Positions 16,441 to 29,800 of a stretch of DNA of 64,000 nucleotides are shown here, piece after piece. The stretch covers positions 28,768,001 through 28,832,000 of the forward strand of contig OZ024749.1 of assembly GCA_964016885.1 (NCBI GenBank), given 5' to 3'. Every line of letters begins with the position of its first letter. The stretch's first letter is position 1. Made by a program: the position numbers and the translations under genes. Below the pieces are notes generated by a model that was not told the DNA's origin, ran no database searches, and saw only the letters and a program-made list of their open reading frames with translations. The DNA is from Eledone cirrhosa (Eukaryota).

Positions 16441-16794
16441 GCTCGAGTGTTAGACAAATCACCGTACGACGTTTAAATCCTCTCTTTACGTTCTAAAGTT
16501 AACTTTGCCTTTCATCCTTCCATGGGTCAATAAAATAAAGTACCGGTCAAGCACTGGAATCGATATGATTGACTTTTCGTTCCTAATCCCCAACCACCAA
16601 AAAAAAACAACAACAAAAAAAAACAAGAAAACATGGCGGATCTTGTGCCAAATTTCGACACCAATATATATTAAGCTAAAGAATTAAACCCTTATTTAAT
16701 CTGATCTCCATCATAACCAGCTGTCTTTCATCACATTCACATGTTCTCTTAATCAAGCAGACTATTATTATTATTGGTATTATTATTATTGTTG

Positions 16795-16892
<98 letters not shown>

Positions 16893-18616
16893 GGTGGTGG
16901 TGGTGGTGGTGGTGGTGGTGGTGGTGTCAATAAAATAAAGGACCGACTAGCCAAGTATTAGAATCGATATAATCGACTTTCCTCTTTCCCCAATCCCTAC
17001 CATCACCATCGTCACCACCATCATCATCATCATCATCATCATCAACATCAGCGCCACCGCCACCACCATCGCCACCATCATCATCATCGTCTTCATCGTC
17101 GTCATCGTCACCACCACCATCATCATCATCACTATCATCATCATCATCATCATCATCATCGTCGTCGTCGTCACCACCAGCATCATCATCAACGCCAACA
17201 CCACCACCACCACCACCACCATCACCATTATCATTATCATTATCATCGTCATCACAATCATCATCATCATCATCATCATCAACACCACCATCACCATCAT
17301 CATCACCACCCCCATCATCATCACCACCCCCATCATCATCCTCATTATCACCACCATCATCATTACCACCATTACCATCATCTTCAACACCGCCATCACC
17401 ATCATTACCATCATCATCACCACCACCACCATCATCACCACCACCACCGTCATCATCATATCATCATCATCATCATCATCGCCGCCGTCGTTGCCTTATT
17501 TCCTATTTAATTCTGACATTAGTCTTATTCTAAAGCCGGCTAAAGATAATCAAAAAGCTATGTCCCTGACCACAAACACCGCTCCTGATGACGTCACCCA
17601 CACCAGCCCCCAGATATATAACCCTGACCATACCACCACACAACCACACCGCCCTCACCATACCACCGCACTCACCGCACACACCACACCACCCTCACCG
17701 TTCTCACCACACCAACTTACCACCAGACCACACCACACCACAGCCCTCATCACACCACCACACTCACCACACCACCGCACTCACCACACTCACCACCTTC
17801 ACCACACCGCCTTCACCACACCACTACACCACCCTCACCACACCCAAACTTGACAGCTTCTTACGATTCCTCAATTTTAACATGGTTACTTCCTTTCCCA
17901 AGCATCCTTTCATCGCCTCTCGCTGAAATGTCTGTATTATAAGATAATCATTAACACAGGGTAAGGCGGGGATGGAGTGACGGTAGGAGGGAGAGGGAGT
18001 GAGAGAGTGGGATAGAGAGGGGGGTAGAAGGGAGGGAAGGAGGGAGGGAGAGAGAAACAGAATGAGAGGGAGGGAGCTACAGAGTGGTAAGGAGACTGAG
18101 AGGATGGGAGTTACAGAGAGTGAGTGGGGTAGATAAAGAGAGAGAGAGAGACGGACAGAGAGGGAGATAGGGAGAGGTGGGAGACAGGGTGGATGGGAGA
18201 TTGAGAGGGAGGGAGAAGATACAGAGAAAGAGAGAGGGAGACAGGGAGATAGAGGGAGAGAGCTAAGGGGGCATGGAGAGAGAGAGGGTGACATTTTTTT
18301 CCGTTCTAGGCAATAATCGGTAGAGTGTCGGGCAACATACTTCGCAACATATCATCACGGCGCTTTACGTTCTGAGTTCAAATCCCGCCGAAGTTAGCTT
18401 TGCCTTTCATCATTAAGGAGTCGATAAAATAAAGTACCAGTAACACACTGAGGTCGATTTGATCGAGATTCCCCACCCATAAAATTATTGGCTTTGTGTC
18501 TAATTTCTGTAGTTAAAAAGATACAGTGAAGTTACTAATTCAGTTTTCAAATTCCCCCGCTGCTTTCTAATATTTATGGGTATACACACACATGTGTATA
18601 TATATATATATATATA

Positions 18617-19141
18617 TATAAACAAATAACGAAACGAAATTAAATTTCGTTTCGTTTGTAACTCACTTTTGTATGACTGACGCTTAAACAATTAAGTTAA
18701 AAATGTACATCTACATATGCATACTGAAATACTAGTATGCATATGAATACACACACGTATACATATGTAGATGTACCAAGTCTTTCACTGGTTACTTTAC
18801 TGTGAGTAATCCAGCTATTCTGTATGTAAACACACAGACAAACCGGTTTTTAGAGTCATACTGGTTTTCGAGGAAACACCTTTCCTCTATTCTCCAGAAA
18901 GCCAGACAAGGAATATTGAACTAGTTTCGTTGTTGTTACAACTCATCAGCAATATTTACCTATCTACCGGCCTTTCTGGAGAATCGTAAAAGCACATATC
19001 GTTATATGCTTTTTCTATGAAAATTAGTAGTGGGCAGACTAATAACCAGTGAAAGACTTGGTACATCTACATATGTATACGTGTATGTATTCATATGCAT
19101 ACTAGTATTTCAGTATGCATATGTAGATGTACATTTTTAAC

Positions 19142-19147
<6 letters not shown>
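18617..19147 (-). mobile_element. fold-back element (family D) with ~105-bp arms and a hammerhead in the loop
   Basis: Arms ~18690-18795 and ~19043-19147; (TA)n on both sides. Confidence 0.8.
18912..18956 (-). ncRNA. type I minimal hammerhead ribozyme (canonical core)
   Basis: Minus strand: AATATTG-CTGATGA-GTTG-TAACAA-CAAC-GAAAC-TA-GTT-CAATATT. It has a 7-bp stem I, a 4-bp stem II, a palindromic stem III (AACTAGTT) and a GUU triplet. Confidence 0.88.
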
Positions 19148-19189
<42 letters not shown>

Positions 19190-19194
<5 letters not shown>

Positions 19195-19384
19195 AACGAG
19201 TAGGACCCCGACGGCTGAGCTCAAGCCGTTTCGACGGCTAATTCTGTCCAGAATTAGCCGTCGAAACGGCTTGAGCTCAGCCGTCGGGGCCCTACTCGTT
19301 CCTATTACCCACTCTACTACCCTAAGTATTGAGTACTTCGGTGCGTTATGGTCCACCTGGTTCCTTACCACATTTCCTTCGTTA
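19190..19384 (+). mobile_element. fold-back element family B (3' half of a hammerhead)
   Basis: Palindrome centred at ~19248. Each arm has GAAA-CGGC-TTGAGCTCA-GCCG-TC-GGGG but lacks CUGANGA. Other copies at 9261, 9730, 20453 and 32743. Confidence 0.8.
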
Positions 19385-19633
19385 TATATATATATATATA
19401 TAAACCGTGTATAACATACAGGTATTTTTATATTACTTATATTACTTAAGATGGATGGCATCTAATATATGTTTTCGACGGTACTCAAAGTTTCATGATA
19501 GTACCGACGAAAACATGCTTAGTTGCCGTATATATATACAAAAGGTAAACAGAAATAACAAAGCAAACGACACAGTACAATGAAGAAATATATTTTTAAT
19601 TTTAGTTTTACGCTTGATATTGTAAGAAAAGAG

Positions 19634-19669
19634 TCTTAACGTTTCGGACACTAGTCCTTCATCAGAAAA
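19634..19669 (-). ncRNA. minimal hammerhead ribozyme
   Basis: Minus strand: TTTT-CTGATGA-A-GGAC-TAGT-GTCC-GAAACGTT-AAGA. Confidence 0.8.
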
Positions 19670-19873
19670 TAGAATGAGAAAGTAAAGAAGAAATAGAAAT
19701 GTAGAGGAGACTGGCCGTAGTAGAAACAAAACAAAACATTCTAGAGAAAAAACACGTCCATTCATGTATTTTGCAAGAGATGTCAACATGAATGGACCTG
19801 TTATTTTTATCTAAAGACATTTTTTCCAATTCCAACCCACACGTCCCCTCAATCTATCTTATTTCTCATTCTT

Positions 19874-19909
19874 TCTTCTGACGAAGGACTAGCGTCCGAA
19901 ACGTTAAGA
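19874..19909 (+). ncRNA. minimal hammerhead ribozyme
   Basis: TCTT-CTGACGA-A-GGAC-TAGC-GTCC-GAAACGTT-AAGA. Stem I is TCTT/AAGA; the palindromic AACGTT stem III is typical of dimer-acting Penelope hammerheads. Confidence 0.85.
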
Positions 19910-19996
19910 CCCTCTTCCTGCTATATCAAACGTTAACCTAATATATCCCTTCCATACACTGTACCGATTTTGTTGTTATTTCTGTTTACTTTTTAC

Positions 19997-20029
<33 letters not shown>

Positions 20030-20031
<2 letters not shown>

Positions 20032-20380
20032 TCAAAATAAAGATCCGAAGGCATAGTATAAATTTCCAATCATTTTAATCACGACACATGTTTCAATAAG
20101 AGATAGATCGATCGTGCGGCCATGATCGATTATCACTGATCTCGTCAGGTGAAAATGAATTTGAAGACAATTCATTTTCACCTGACGAGATCAGTGATAA
20201 TCGATCATGGCCGCACCATCGATCTATCCCTTATTGAAACATGTGTCGTGATTAAAATGATTGGAAATTTATACCATGCCTTCGGATCTTTATTTTGATA
20301 CAAATACTCCGTTTTACATCATCTAGCTGTTCCCTTAAATGGAACTGGAGATATACAAAAGCGTGGAGAACTTAATATTG
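20030..20380 (+). mobile_element. fold-back element (family F) with ~130-bp near-perfect arms, both with an intact hammerhead
   Basis: Palindrome centred at ~20165; arms ~20030-20161 and ~20169-20300. The right boundary of the tail is approximate. Confidence 0.82.
20178..20251 (+). ncRNA. type I hammerhead ribozyme with extended stem II
   Basis: TCAC-CTGACGA-[47-nt hairpin including ATCGAT/ATCGAT and GATA/TATC]-GAAAC-ATGT-GTC-GTGA; mirror copy on the minus strand at 20079-20152. Confidence 0.82.
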
Positions 20381-20452
20381 CTAACAAAAGTTTATTGGAC
20401 CGTATGACACAACCAATAATACACCTTACTATATAACTACATATATATATAT

Positions 20453-20614
20453 AACGAAGGAGGTGTGGTAAGGAACCAGATGAACCATAACGCACCAGAG
20501 TACTCAATACTTAGGGTAGTAGAGTGGGTAATAGGAAAATATTAGACCCCGACGGCAGAGCTCAAGCCGTTTCGACGAAACGGCTTGAACTCTGCTGTCG
20601 GGGTCTAACATTTT

Positions 20615-20653
<39 letters not shown>

Positions 20654-20828
20654 TTCTACAGGACTAGAACTGTTTCATTCTTTAGAAATCATCAGAGATT
20701 CTTGATGATTTCTAAAGAATGAAACAGTTCTAGTCCTGTAGAATCTCATCTATATTAAAACTTTTATACTCTGCAATGTATTGAGTACCTTACTTACTGT
20801 GGTTACCTCCGACTCAACCCGGAATAAC

Positions 20829-20830
<2 letters not shown>
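20453..20830. mobile_element. family B (20453-20620) and family A (20649-20830) fold-back elements
   Basis: Sequence identity with the copies at 9.2-9.9 kb; separated and flanked by (TA)n. Confidence 0.85.
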
Positions 20831-20870
<40 letters not shown>

Positions 20871-21204
20871 GGGGTGTTATTGTCACTATTTATATAGTAC
20901 TCATTCTCCCCACCCCTATATTGCTCTCTATCTCTCTCCCTCTTTCTCCCTCTCTATCCCACACTCTCTCCCTTCCTGACCCTTTCCTCTCCCTGTCACC
21001 CCCTCTCCCCCTCTCTGTCACTCACACTCTCTTCTCTCTCATCCCCCCTCTCTCTCTCCCTCTCTCAAATACTTCCCCATATCCCTCCCCCCTCCTCCAG
21101 CATTACCCATTCACCACAGTTGAACTAATTAACTGACAACACTCTAACACACCGGCCATAAATACTTTATAATAAAACAGAAACACGTTAGCCGGGATAT
21201 ACGG

Positions 21205-22710
21205 CATAGTGGTATTTGTTAATGGTAATAGTATAGTGGTATTTGTTAATGGTAATAGTATAGTGGTATTTGTTAATGGTAATAGTATAGTGGTATAGCC
21301 GTGTAATGGTAATAGTATAGTGGTATTTGTTAATGGTAATAGTATAGTGGTATAACCGTGTAATGGTAATAGTATAGTGGTATTTGTTAATGGTAATAGT
21401 ATAGTGGTATAGCCGTGTAATGGTATTGTTACTGGTAGTGGTATAGTGGTGTATTGGTATTATTAATGGTATAGTGGTATTGTTAATGGTAGTGTAGTGG
21501 TGTATTGGTATTGCTAGTGGTATAGTGGTATTGTTAATGGTACTGTAGTGTAATGGTATTGTTAGTGGTGAAATGACATGGTGGTATGGTTTTGTGATGG
21601 TGTGGTAGTGTAGTGTATTCTTAATGGTATAGTGGTGTAGTGATATTGTTAATGGTATAGTGGTATTGTCAATGGTATTGCTAGTGGTATAGTGGTGTAG
21701 TGATATTGTTAATGGTATAGTGATATTGTCAATGGTATTGCTAGTGGTATAGTGGTATTGTTAATGGTATAGTGGTATTGTCAATTGTATTGCTAGTGGT
21801 ATAGTGGTGTAGTGATATTGTTAATGGTATAGTGATATTGTAAATGGTATTGCTAGTGGTGTAGTGATATTGTTAATGGTATAGTGATATTGTCAATGGT
21901 ATTGCTAGTGGTATAGTGGTGTAGTGATATTGTTAATGGTATAGTGATATTGTAAATGGTATTACTAGTGGTGTAGTGATATTGTTAATGGTATAGTGGT
22001 ATTGTCAATGGTATTGCTAGTGGTATAGTGGTGTAGTGATATTGTTAATGGTATAGTGATATTGTAAATGGTATTACTAGTGGTGTAGTGATATTGGTAA
22101 TGGTATAGTGATATTGTCAATGGTATTGCTAGTGGTATAGTGGTGTAGTGATACTGTTAATGGTATAGTGGTATTGTCAATGGTATTGCTAGTGGTATAG
22201 TGGTGAAGTGATATTGTTAATGGTATAGTGGTATTGTCAATGGTATTGCTAGTGGTATAGTGGTGTAGTGATATTGTTAATGGTATAGTGGTATTGTCAA
22301 TGGTATTGCTAGTGGTATAGTGGTGTAGTGATATTGTTAATGGCATAGTGATATTGTCAATGGTATTGCTAGTGGTATAGTGGTGTAGTGATATTGTTAA
22401 TGGTATAGTGATATTGTCAATGGTATTGCTAGTGGTGTAGTGATATTGTTAATGGTATAGTGGTATTGTCAATGGTATTGCTAGTGGTATAGTGGTGTAG
22501 TGATATTGTTAATGGTATAGTGGTATTGCCAATGGTATTGCTAGTGGTATAGTGGTGTAGTGATATTGTTAATGGTATAGTGGTATTGTCAATGGTATTG
22601 CTAGTGGTATAGTGGTGTAGTGATATTGTTAATGGCATAGTGATATTGTCAATGGTATTGCTAGTGGTATAGTGGTGTAGTGTTATTGTTAATGGTATAG
22701 TGGTATGGTG
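21205..22710. repeat. TGG/TAG-rich minisatellite (27-bp then 60-bp unit)
   Basis: TGGTGTAGTGATATTGTTAATGGTATAGTGGTATTGTCAATGGTATTGCTAGTGGTATAG aligns line over line at period 60. Confidence 0.9.
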
Positions 22711-23020
22711 TGGTAGTGGTATAGTGATATTGTAGTATAGTGGTGTTGTAGTATTGTGCTGTAGTGATACAGTGGGTATGGTAATGCGGTGGTGTGGTGG
22801 TATGGTGGTATGGTGATATTGACAAAACAATTGACAAAAGCAAAACTAACCAGCCAAGAAGGAAGGTGGTTGAGGAGAAATTGTCAAGACAAAAACCACA
22901 CCGTTTAAGACAGATGGTGGCTTTAGGGGGGGGGGGGGGGCAGAGCAAATAAATAAGGTACAGTGGTGGGGAGGATGGGAGAGTGGTTGGTGGGGTCAGG
23001 ACCTTGATCTTAATAATAAC

Positions 23021-23091
<71 letters not shown>

Positions 23092-24366
23092 AAGAAGAAG
23101 AAGAAGAAGAAGAAGAAGAAGAAGAAGAAGAAGGAGGAGGAGGAGGAGGAGGAGGAGGAGGAGAAGAAGAAGAAGAAGAAGAAGAAGAAGAAGAAGAAGA
23201 AGAAGAAGAAGAAGAAGAAGAAGAAGAAGATTATGATGATTATGAAGGTGATGACGATGACGACGACGATGAAAGGAATTCCCACCAGCACCACTACTAA
23301 CACCACCATCCCCACCGCCACCACAACAACCACCACCACCACCACCACCGCCACCACTATCACTACTAACACCACCATCCCCACCGCCACCACTAACACC
23401 ACCATCCCCACCACCACCACTACCACCATTATCAACACCATCACCACCGCCACCATTATCACCACCACCACCACCGCCACCACTATCACCACCACCACCA
23501 CCACTACCACCACTATCACCACCATCACCACCGCCACCACTAACACCACCATCACCACCGCCACCACTATCACCACCACCACCACGACTACCACCACTAT
23601 CACCACCACCACCACCACTACCTCCATCACCACTACCACCACCACCACTACCACCATTATCAACACCATCACCACCGCCACCACTATCACCACCATCACC
23701 ACCGCCACCACTACCACCACAACTACCATCACCACCGCCACCACTATCACCACCACCACCACCACCACTACAACCATTATCAACACCATCACCACCGCCA
23801 CCACTATCACCACCATCCCCACCGCCACCACTACCACCACAACCACCACCATCACCGCCACCACTATCACCACCATCACCACCGCCACCACAACCAACAC
23901 CACCACCACCACCATCACCACCACCATTGTTTTAATGAATAACATCTGTAGAAATTGGTTGAGATTAATTAGAAAGTTTGTTTTCTAATTTATCATTGTT
24001 GTAAGCGGTTCCATTTAGATTGATGCATTGCGTCCCCCCTCCCCCTCTCTCTCTCTCTTGCTGCTTAGTCTCTCGTTCAGACGTTCAAATCATCAGAAGA
24101 TAGCTCACTTCTTTGATGTAGACATCTCTATGGTGTGGTGCAGTAGACGATTGCCTTATATATATATATATATATATATGCACAAACATACATACATACA
24201 TACATACATACATACATACATACATACATACATACATACATACATACATACATACATACATACATACACACCTACATACATTTACCACCACCCCATATAT
24301 ATGTATGTGTATGTATATATATATATATATATATAGAGATATAATGTGTGTGTGTTTGAGTGTATG

Positions 24367-24457
<91 letters not shown>

Positions 24458-24609
24458 GATAAGTTTTCCTAATATGGAATGTCACTATAAGTTTTATGTA
24501 AACATCAATCTATTTATTTATCTATGTGTGTAAACAGAAATAACAAACCAAATGACACAGTACATTGAAGAAATATATTAGTTTAACGCTTGAAATAGCA
24601 GCAAAAGAG

Positions 24610-24645
24610 TCTTAACATTTCGGACATTAATCCTTCATCAGAAGG
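24610..24645 (-). ncRNA. hammerhead motif, family E copy (slightly decayed)
   Basis: Minus strand: CCTT-CTGATGA-A-GGAT-TAAT-GTCC-GAAATGTT-AAGA, within a 24520-24720 segment homologous to 19545-19700. Confidence 0.7.
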
Positions 24646-25116
24646 TAGAGTTAGAAATAGAAGATAAATAGAAAGATAGAGTGAGAAAAGGAAGGAATGG
24701 GGGAAAAGTGAGAAAAAAAGGGACGAAACACACGTGCGTATTGAGTCGGCCATTTTGTTATCTATATGTGTTGTTTCTCTCTCGTTCTCTCACCCCCCAC
24801 CCCCCCTATATATATAATCATTACTAATTTACGATAGAAATTTACCATTTATGATGCCATTTACCATTGTTACGATATGTTTTTACTCTATAACTTTACT
24901 ATTGCTAAGATAAATCTTTATTATTGCTATGATGCATCTTTACTTTTGGTATGATACATCCTTATTCTTGAACGACATGACTTTAATATTGCTACATTAT
25001 CTCTTTATTCTTGCTACGTCATGTCTTAAACGTTGCTATGATATATCCTGTAATAATCACTTCAGTAAATATGATTGGTCAGTGAATAATATATATTTAT
25101 TTTCTGTCTGTTGCAG

Positions 25117-25436
25117 CTGGATTACTACTGCAGTCTCCGGGAACTCCGCTAGACACCTGTCGGGTGGCACCGTTTTTTAATATGCCTCCAATTCGGGAAC
25201 CAATGGAAAGGTTTGCCATGCCGCCTTTCCCTCCTTATTACCCTTACCACGCCGCCGCAGCTGCTGCAGCTGCCGCCTCGCAACACCCGCTTCATCCCAT
25301 CTTCTTCTACCCGCACCACTACACGGCACTCAATTATGCCATGATACCCGACAGTAGCTTCAAAACTAACAAAAGTTCCAGCATCGCAGATCTCAGACTG
25401 AAAGCCAAGAAACATTTAGCAACGTTGGGGCTATGA
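25117..25436 (+). CDS. Shox: terminal coding exon of short-stature homeobox (Shox/Shox2-like) protein with OAR domain
   Basis: Polypyrimidine tract plus TTGCAG acceptor ending at 25116 (phase 1). It translates GLLLQSPGTPLDTCRVAPFFNM...poly-Ala...KSSSIADLRLKAKKHLATLGL*. The CRVAP motif and the SSIADLRLKAKKH..LGL OAR tail match SHOX/SHOX2. Homeobox exons were not found in the window. Confidence 0.9.
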
Positions 25437-26470
25437 ACCTACTAAACCCCGTCATTCTCCGTGACTTTCTTATACATTCCGCGTGGCTGTCTTGTTTTGT
25501 CTTGTTTTGTCTTGTCTTGGCCCCCTAATACTTGTTCCTTACCACCAACACCACTATCAAGACCTCCAATACCACCAACACTACCACCATAACCAAGACC
25601 ACCAATTCCACCAACACTACCACAACCAAGACCACAAATACCACTAACACCACCAACACCAACGCTACTAATACCACCAAAAAAATACTATCAAGACCAC
25701 CAATACCACCAACAACACCACCACAATCAATATCACCACCACTCCCAAGACCAGCAGTACCACCTACACCACCACAACCAAGACCTCCAAGACCGCCACC
25801 AAGACTACCACCAACAATACCACTACAACAAATGCCACCAACACCACCACCACAACCACCAATACCACCACTACCAAAACCACCAATACTTCCAACACCA
25901 TACCACCACCACTACCAAGACCACCAACTCTAATACCACCACAACAACCAATACCACCACTACCAAAACCACCAATACTTCCAACACCATACCATCACCA
26001 CTACCAAGACCACCAACTCTAATACCACCACACCACCACCACCACAACCATCAATACCACCACTACCAAAACCACCAATACTTCCAACACCATACCACCA
26101 CCACTACCAAGACCACCAACACTAATACCATCACACCACCACCACCACCACCACAACTACCAATACCTCCAACAATACCACCACTACCAACACCACACCA
26201 CACCTCCACCACAACCACCAATACCACCAACAACACCACCACTACCAACACCACCAATACTACCAACACCACACTACCACCGCAAACACCAAATATACTG
26301 GCGTGTTTTGTTTGTTGTTGTTTTTTGTTTCTTTTTATATAAAGTTTGTTTGTTTCTTCCTTTGTTTTCACCCCTCCACCCTACCCCCTTTCACTCCCTT
26401 TCACCTACCCACCACTACCACCACCACTCGTTGTCTGCAACACCCAGTTATCAATCATGGCTACCTTCTT

Positions 26471-26830
26471 CACTCAAATAGACTCAGTAATGGCGGCGGC
26501 GGATAACGAACTCACACACACATCCCCGGCTCAACTGAGCTCCGGCTGAGAATTGATCCTCGGACAATTTGAACTCAGACCTCTCACTCAGACAGACTCT
26601 GTAATGGCGGCGGATAACCAACTCATATACACATCCCCGGCTCAACTGAGCTTTGGCTGGGAATTGATCCTCGGACAATTTGAACTCACGCCTCTCACTC
26701 AGACAGACTCAGTAATGACGGCGGATAACCTACTCATACACACATTCCCGGCTCAACTGAGTTCTGGCTGGGAATTGAACCTCGGACAACTTGAAACAAT
26801 GCAACGGACTTCACGTCTCTCACTCAGACA
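26471..26830. repeat. ~111-125 bp tandem repeat, three copies, downstream of the Shox stop codon
   Basis: Units start CACTCA at 26471, 26585 and 26696, with a partial unit at 26821. Confidence 0.9.
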
Positions 26831-27569
26831 ACAGCGACCAAAAAAATAATAATTCTTTCTCACATTGGCACAATGCCAGTATGCCAGCAATTTGAGCTAA
26901 GGGGTTAAGCGATTAAAAGGACACTCCCTCACTGCCCCAGTGCGTTACTGGTACTTTATTTTATCGACCACCGGATGGATGAAAGGCGAAATTGACCTCG
27001 GCGGGGATTTGAACTCAGAACGTAAAGAGCTGTATCTAAATCCTACAAAATTTATAGTCTGGCGCTCTAACGATGCTGCTAATACACCGCCCAATCCACA
27101 GGGACCAATAATAATAATGATAATAATAATAAATATTTACTATACACACGCATGCGTGCACACACATACACACACACATACATACACTGACATATTATAT
27201 GTGTGTATACACACACATATATCTGTGTCAGTGAAAGGTAGTGAGAGTGACAATGTAACAAAGAGGAAGAGAGAGAGAGAGATTGAGGAAAGTAAGAGTG
27301 ATAGGGTGAGAGAAAGAAAGGGAGAGAGAGGGAGAAGAAAAAAAGAGAAATGTAACTATATATTGACATATATGCATGATGTAGGTGTGGATGTGTGTAT
27401 AATATTATATATTTATTATTTATATATACGTATAATATTTATGCATAAATATTATACATATTTGTGTCTTTGAGAGGTAGTGTGAACGACTGCGTACGAG
27501 AGACTAAAAGAAAGAGAATAAAAGGGATATAAAGGGAAAGAAAGAACAAAAATACAGCTATATATTTAC

Positions 27570-27627
<58 letters not shown>

Positions 27628-27991
27628 ATGCACATATGTGTACGTGTGTGTACGGTATTTGTACAATGCGCGCGCATATGTGCTGCAGACAAATACATTT
27701 AAATGTTGACAACAACAAAACAATGCATTGGTCTTCCGTAACCGTTGATTTCCGCGTCTCATAAAATTGGAAGAGAGCAGACGATGGAAGTTCAGAGCCA
27801 GACGATGAAAGGTCAACGCCAAAAGGATAACTGTGTAAATAAAAGAATGGACATATTGGTTTCCGCTTTTTATTTTATTTTTTTTCATCACAGAACTTCA
27901 CTGGTGTTTACACACCGAACACATACGCAAACATACACACATACACACATACATACATATACATACATAAACACACACACACACACACACA

Positions 27992-28056
<65 letters not shown>

Positions 28057-28070
28057 TAAATATATATATA

Positions 28071-28137
<67 letters not shown>

Positions 28138-28722
28138 AGCAGTAAGAGAGGAGAGCAGGTAAAGAGAAAAAAGACTGAAAGAAAAGCTCAACTACACTTG
28201 TATAAATTATTCTCTATAATTCCGAGTTGAAATATAAAATAATTGGACGTTATATCTTTGGTGTTCAAGTCTTCTTCTGTTTATAACTTGTGTTTCTGTA
28301 TTGTGTTTATATATTTCTCGGTTATGTGCCGAAATACTTGCTTGAAGAAGAGGTTCCTTCTCTAAAGACCTTCTGCTGTCCAGCTCTCCTGAGAGTTTCC
28401 TACTACCACTGTTCATATATTATGTTTATATATATTATCTTCACGTATTCACTGTACTCACATATTTTCTCTTTTCTTTCTCAATATGCTGGCATAAGAA
28501 ATGCAGCTATATATATGTATGTATGTGTGTGTGTGTGTGCGTGCGTGCGTGCGTGTGTGTATGCATATGTATATGTATATATATATATATACATATATAC
28601 ATATACATATACATACATATATATGTGTGTATATATATATTTATATATATATACACACATATATATGTATGTATATGTATATGTATATATGTATATATAT
28701 ATATATACATATACATATGCAT

Positions 28723-28809
<87 letters not shown>

Positions 28810-29338
28810 TACGAGAGTATTGATGAAATATCAACGTACACACAACTTGAACTATTATACGACCATTGTCATGGGGTTTCCTGGCTTGGACGTAATAACA
28901 TTAAGATAATCCCTTAATCCCTCTTTTCATCAGTAAAAAAGGGAAAAATAATAATAATAATGCTAATAATACAACTGAGGGTGCGGGGTCACGGCTGGAA
29001 GACGTGTAAGAAATATCGAAGAAGAAAGAACTCGCTTCCATGTTAAATGAGCAATTGATCTATGTGGAATTAGAACAAATATACAAATATTAGCTTTCCC
29101 GTTAGAATATTGGATAAATGAATAATGAGTTAAGTTGTTAGTTGGATGGATGGAGCAGTGAACTGAACAACTGGACAATTGGATAACTGGACATTAAACT
29201 CTACTGGTCGTACATACATGTTAAGTGTATGAAACATTGTTTCTACTAAATAAGCTCTCTTGCAACAGATTGTGTTGAGCACTGGTTTCCTTTATCTTTC
29301 ATCTACGGATTTCTACATGTAGATACACACACACACAC

Positions 29339-29496
<158 letters not shown>

Positions 29497-29666
29497 ATAA
29501 TAATAAATACAAAGAACAAAATCCTGAGAGGACTCGATAAGGGTTGTATATATATATATATATATATATGAAAAACAAGGGGAGAAGAATACTGCATGGC
29601 TGCACATGGATTACATATTATAAAATTAGTCCCTCATCAGTTATTTGCCAACCATCATTGGTATTT

Positions 29667-29707
<41 letters not shown>

Positions 29708-29711
<4 letters not shown>

Positions 29712-29800
29712 AATAAGATAACAAGGACGATTGGTTACTCCTTCATTACGTTTATTGGTTGGTGACGCGCGTTTCACCATATAAGTATCACAGCTCCGAT
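29708..29800 (-). mobile_element. truncated family C hammerhead-element tail
   Basis: Minus strand GAAACGCGCGTCACC...CAATAAA...AATGAAGGA...AATCGTCCTT is homologous to 15507-15570 and abuts (TA)n. Confidence 0.7.

Larger units (their letters stand above)
19535..19997. mobile_element. fold-back element (family E) with diverged arms, each carrying a hammerhead
   Basis: Inverted homology between ~19535-19685 and ~19860-19997; (TA)n flanks. Confidence 0.8.

Noticed and set aside
28340-28375. TTGAAGA-hairpin-TAAA resembling another hammerhead
   Set aside because: Both core halves are defective and stems I and III could not be built.
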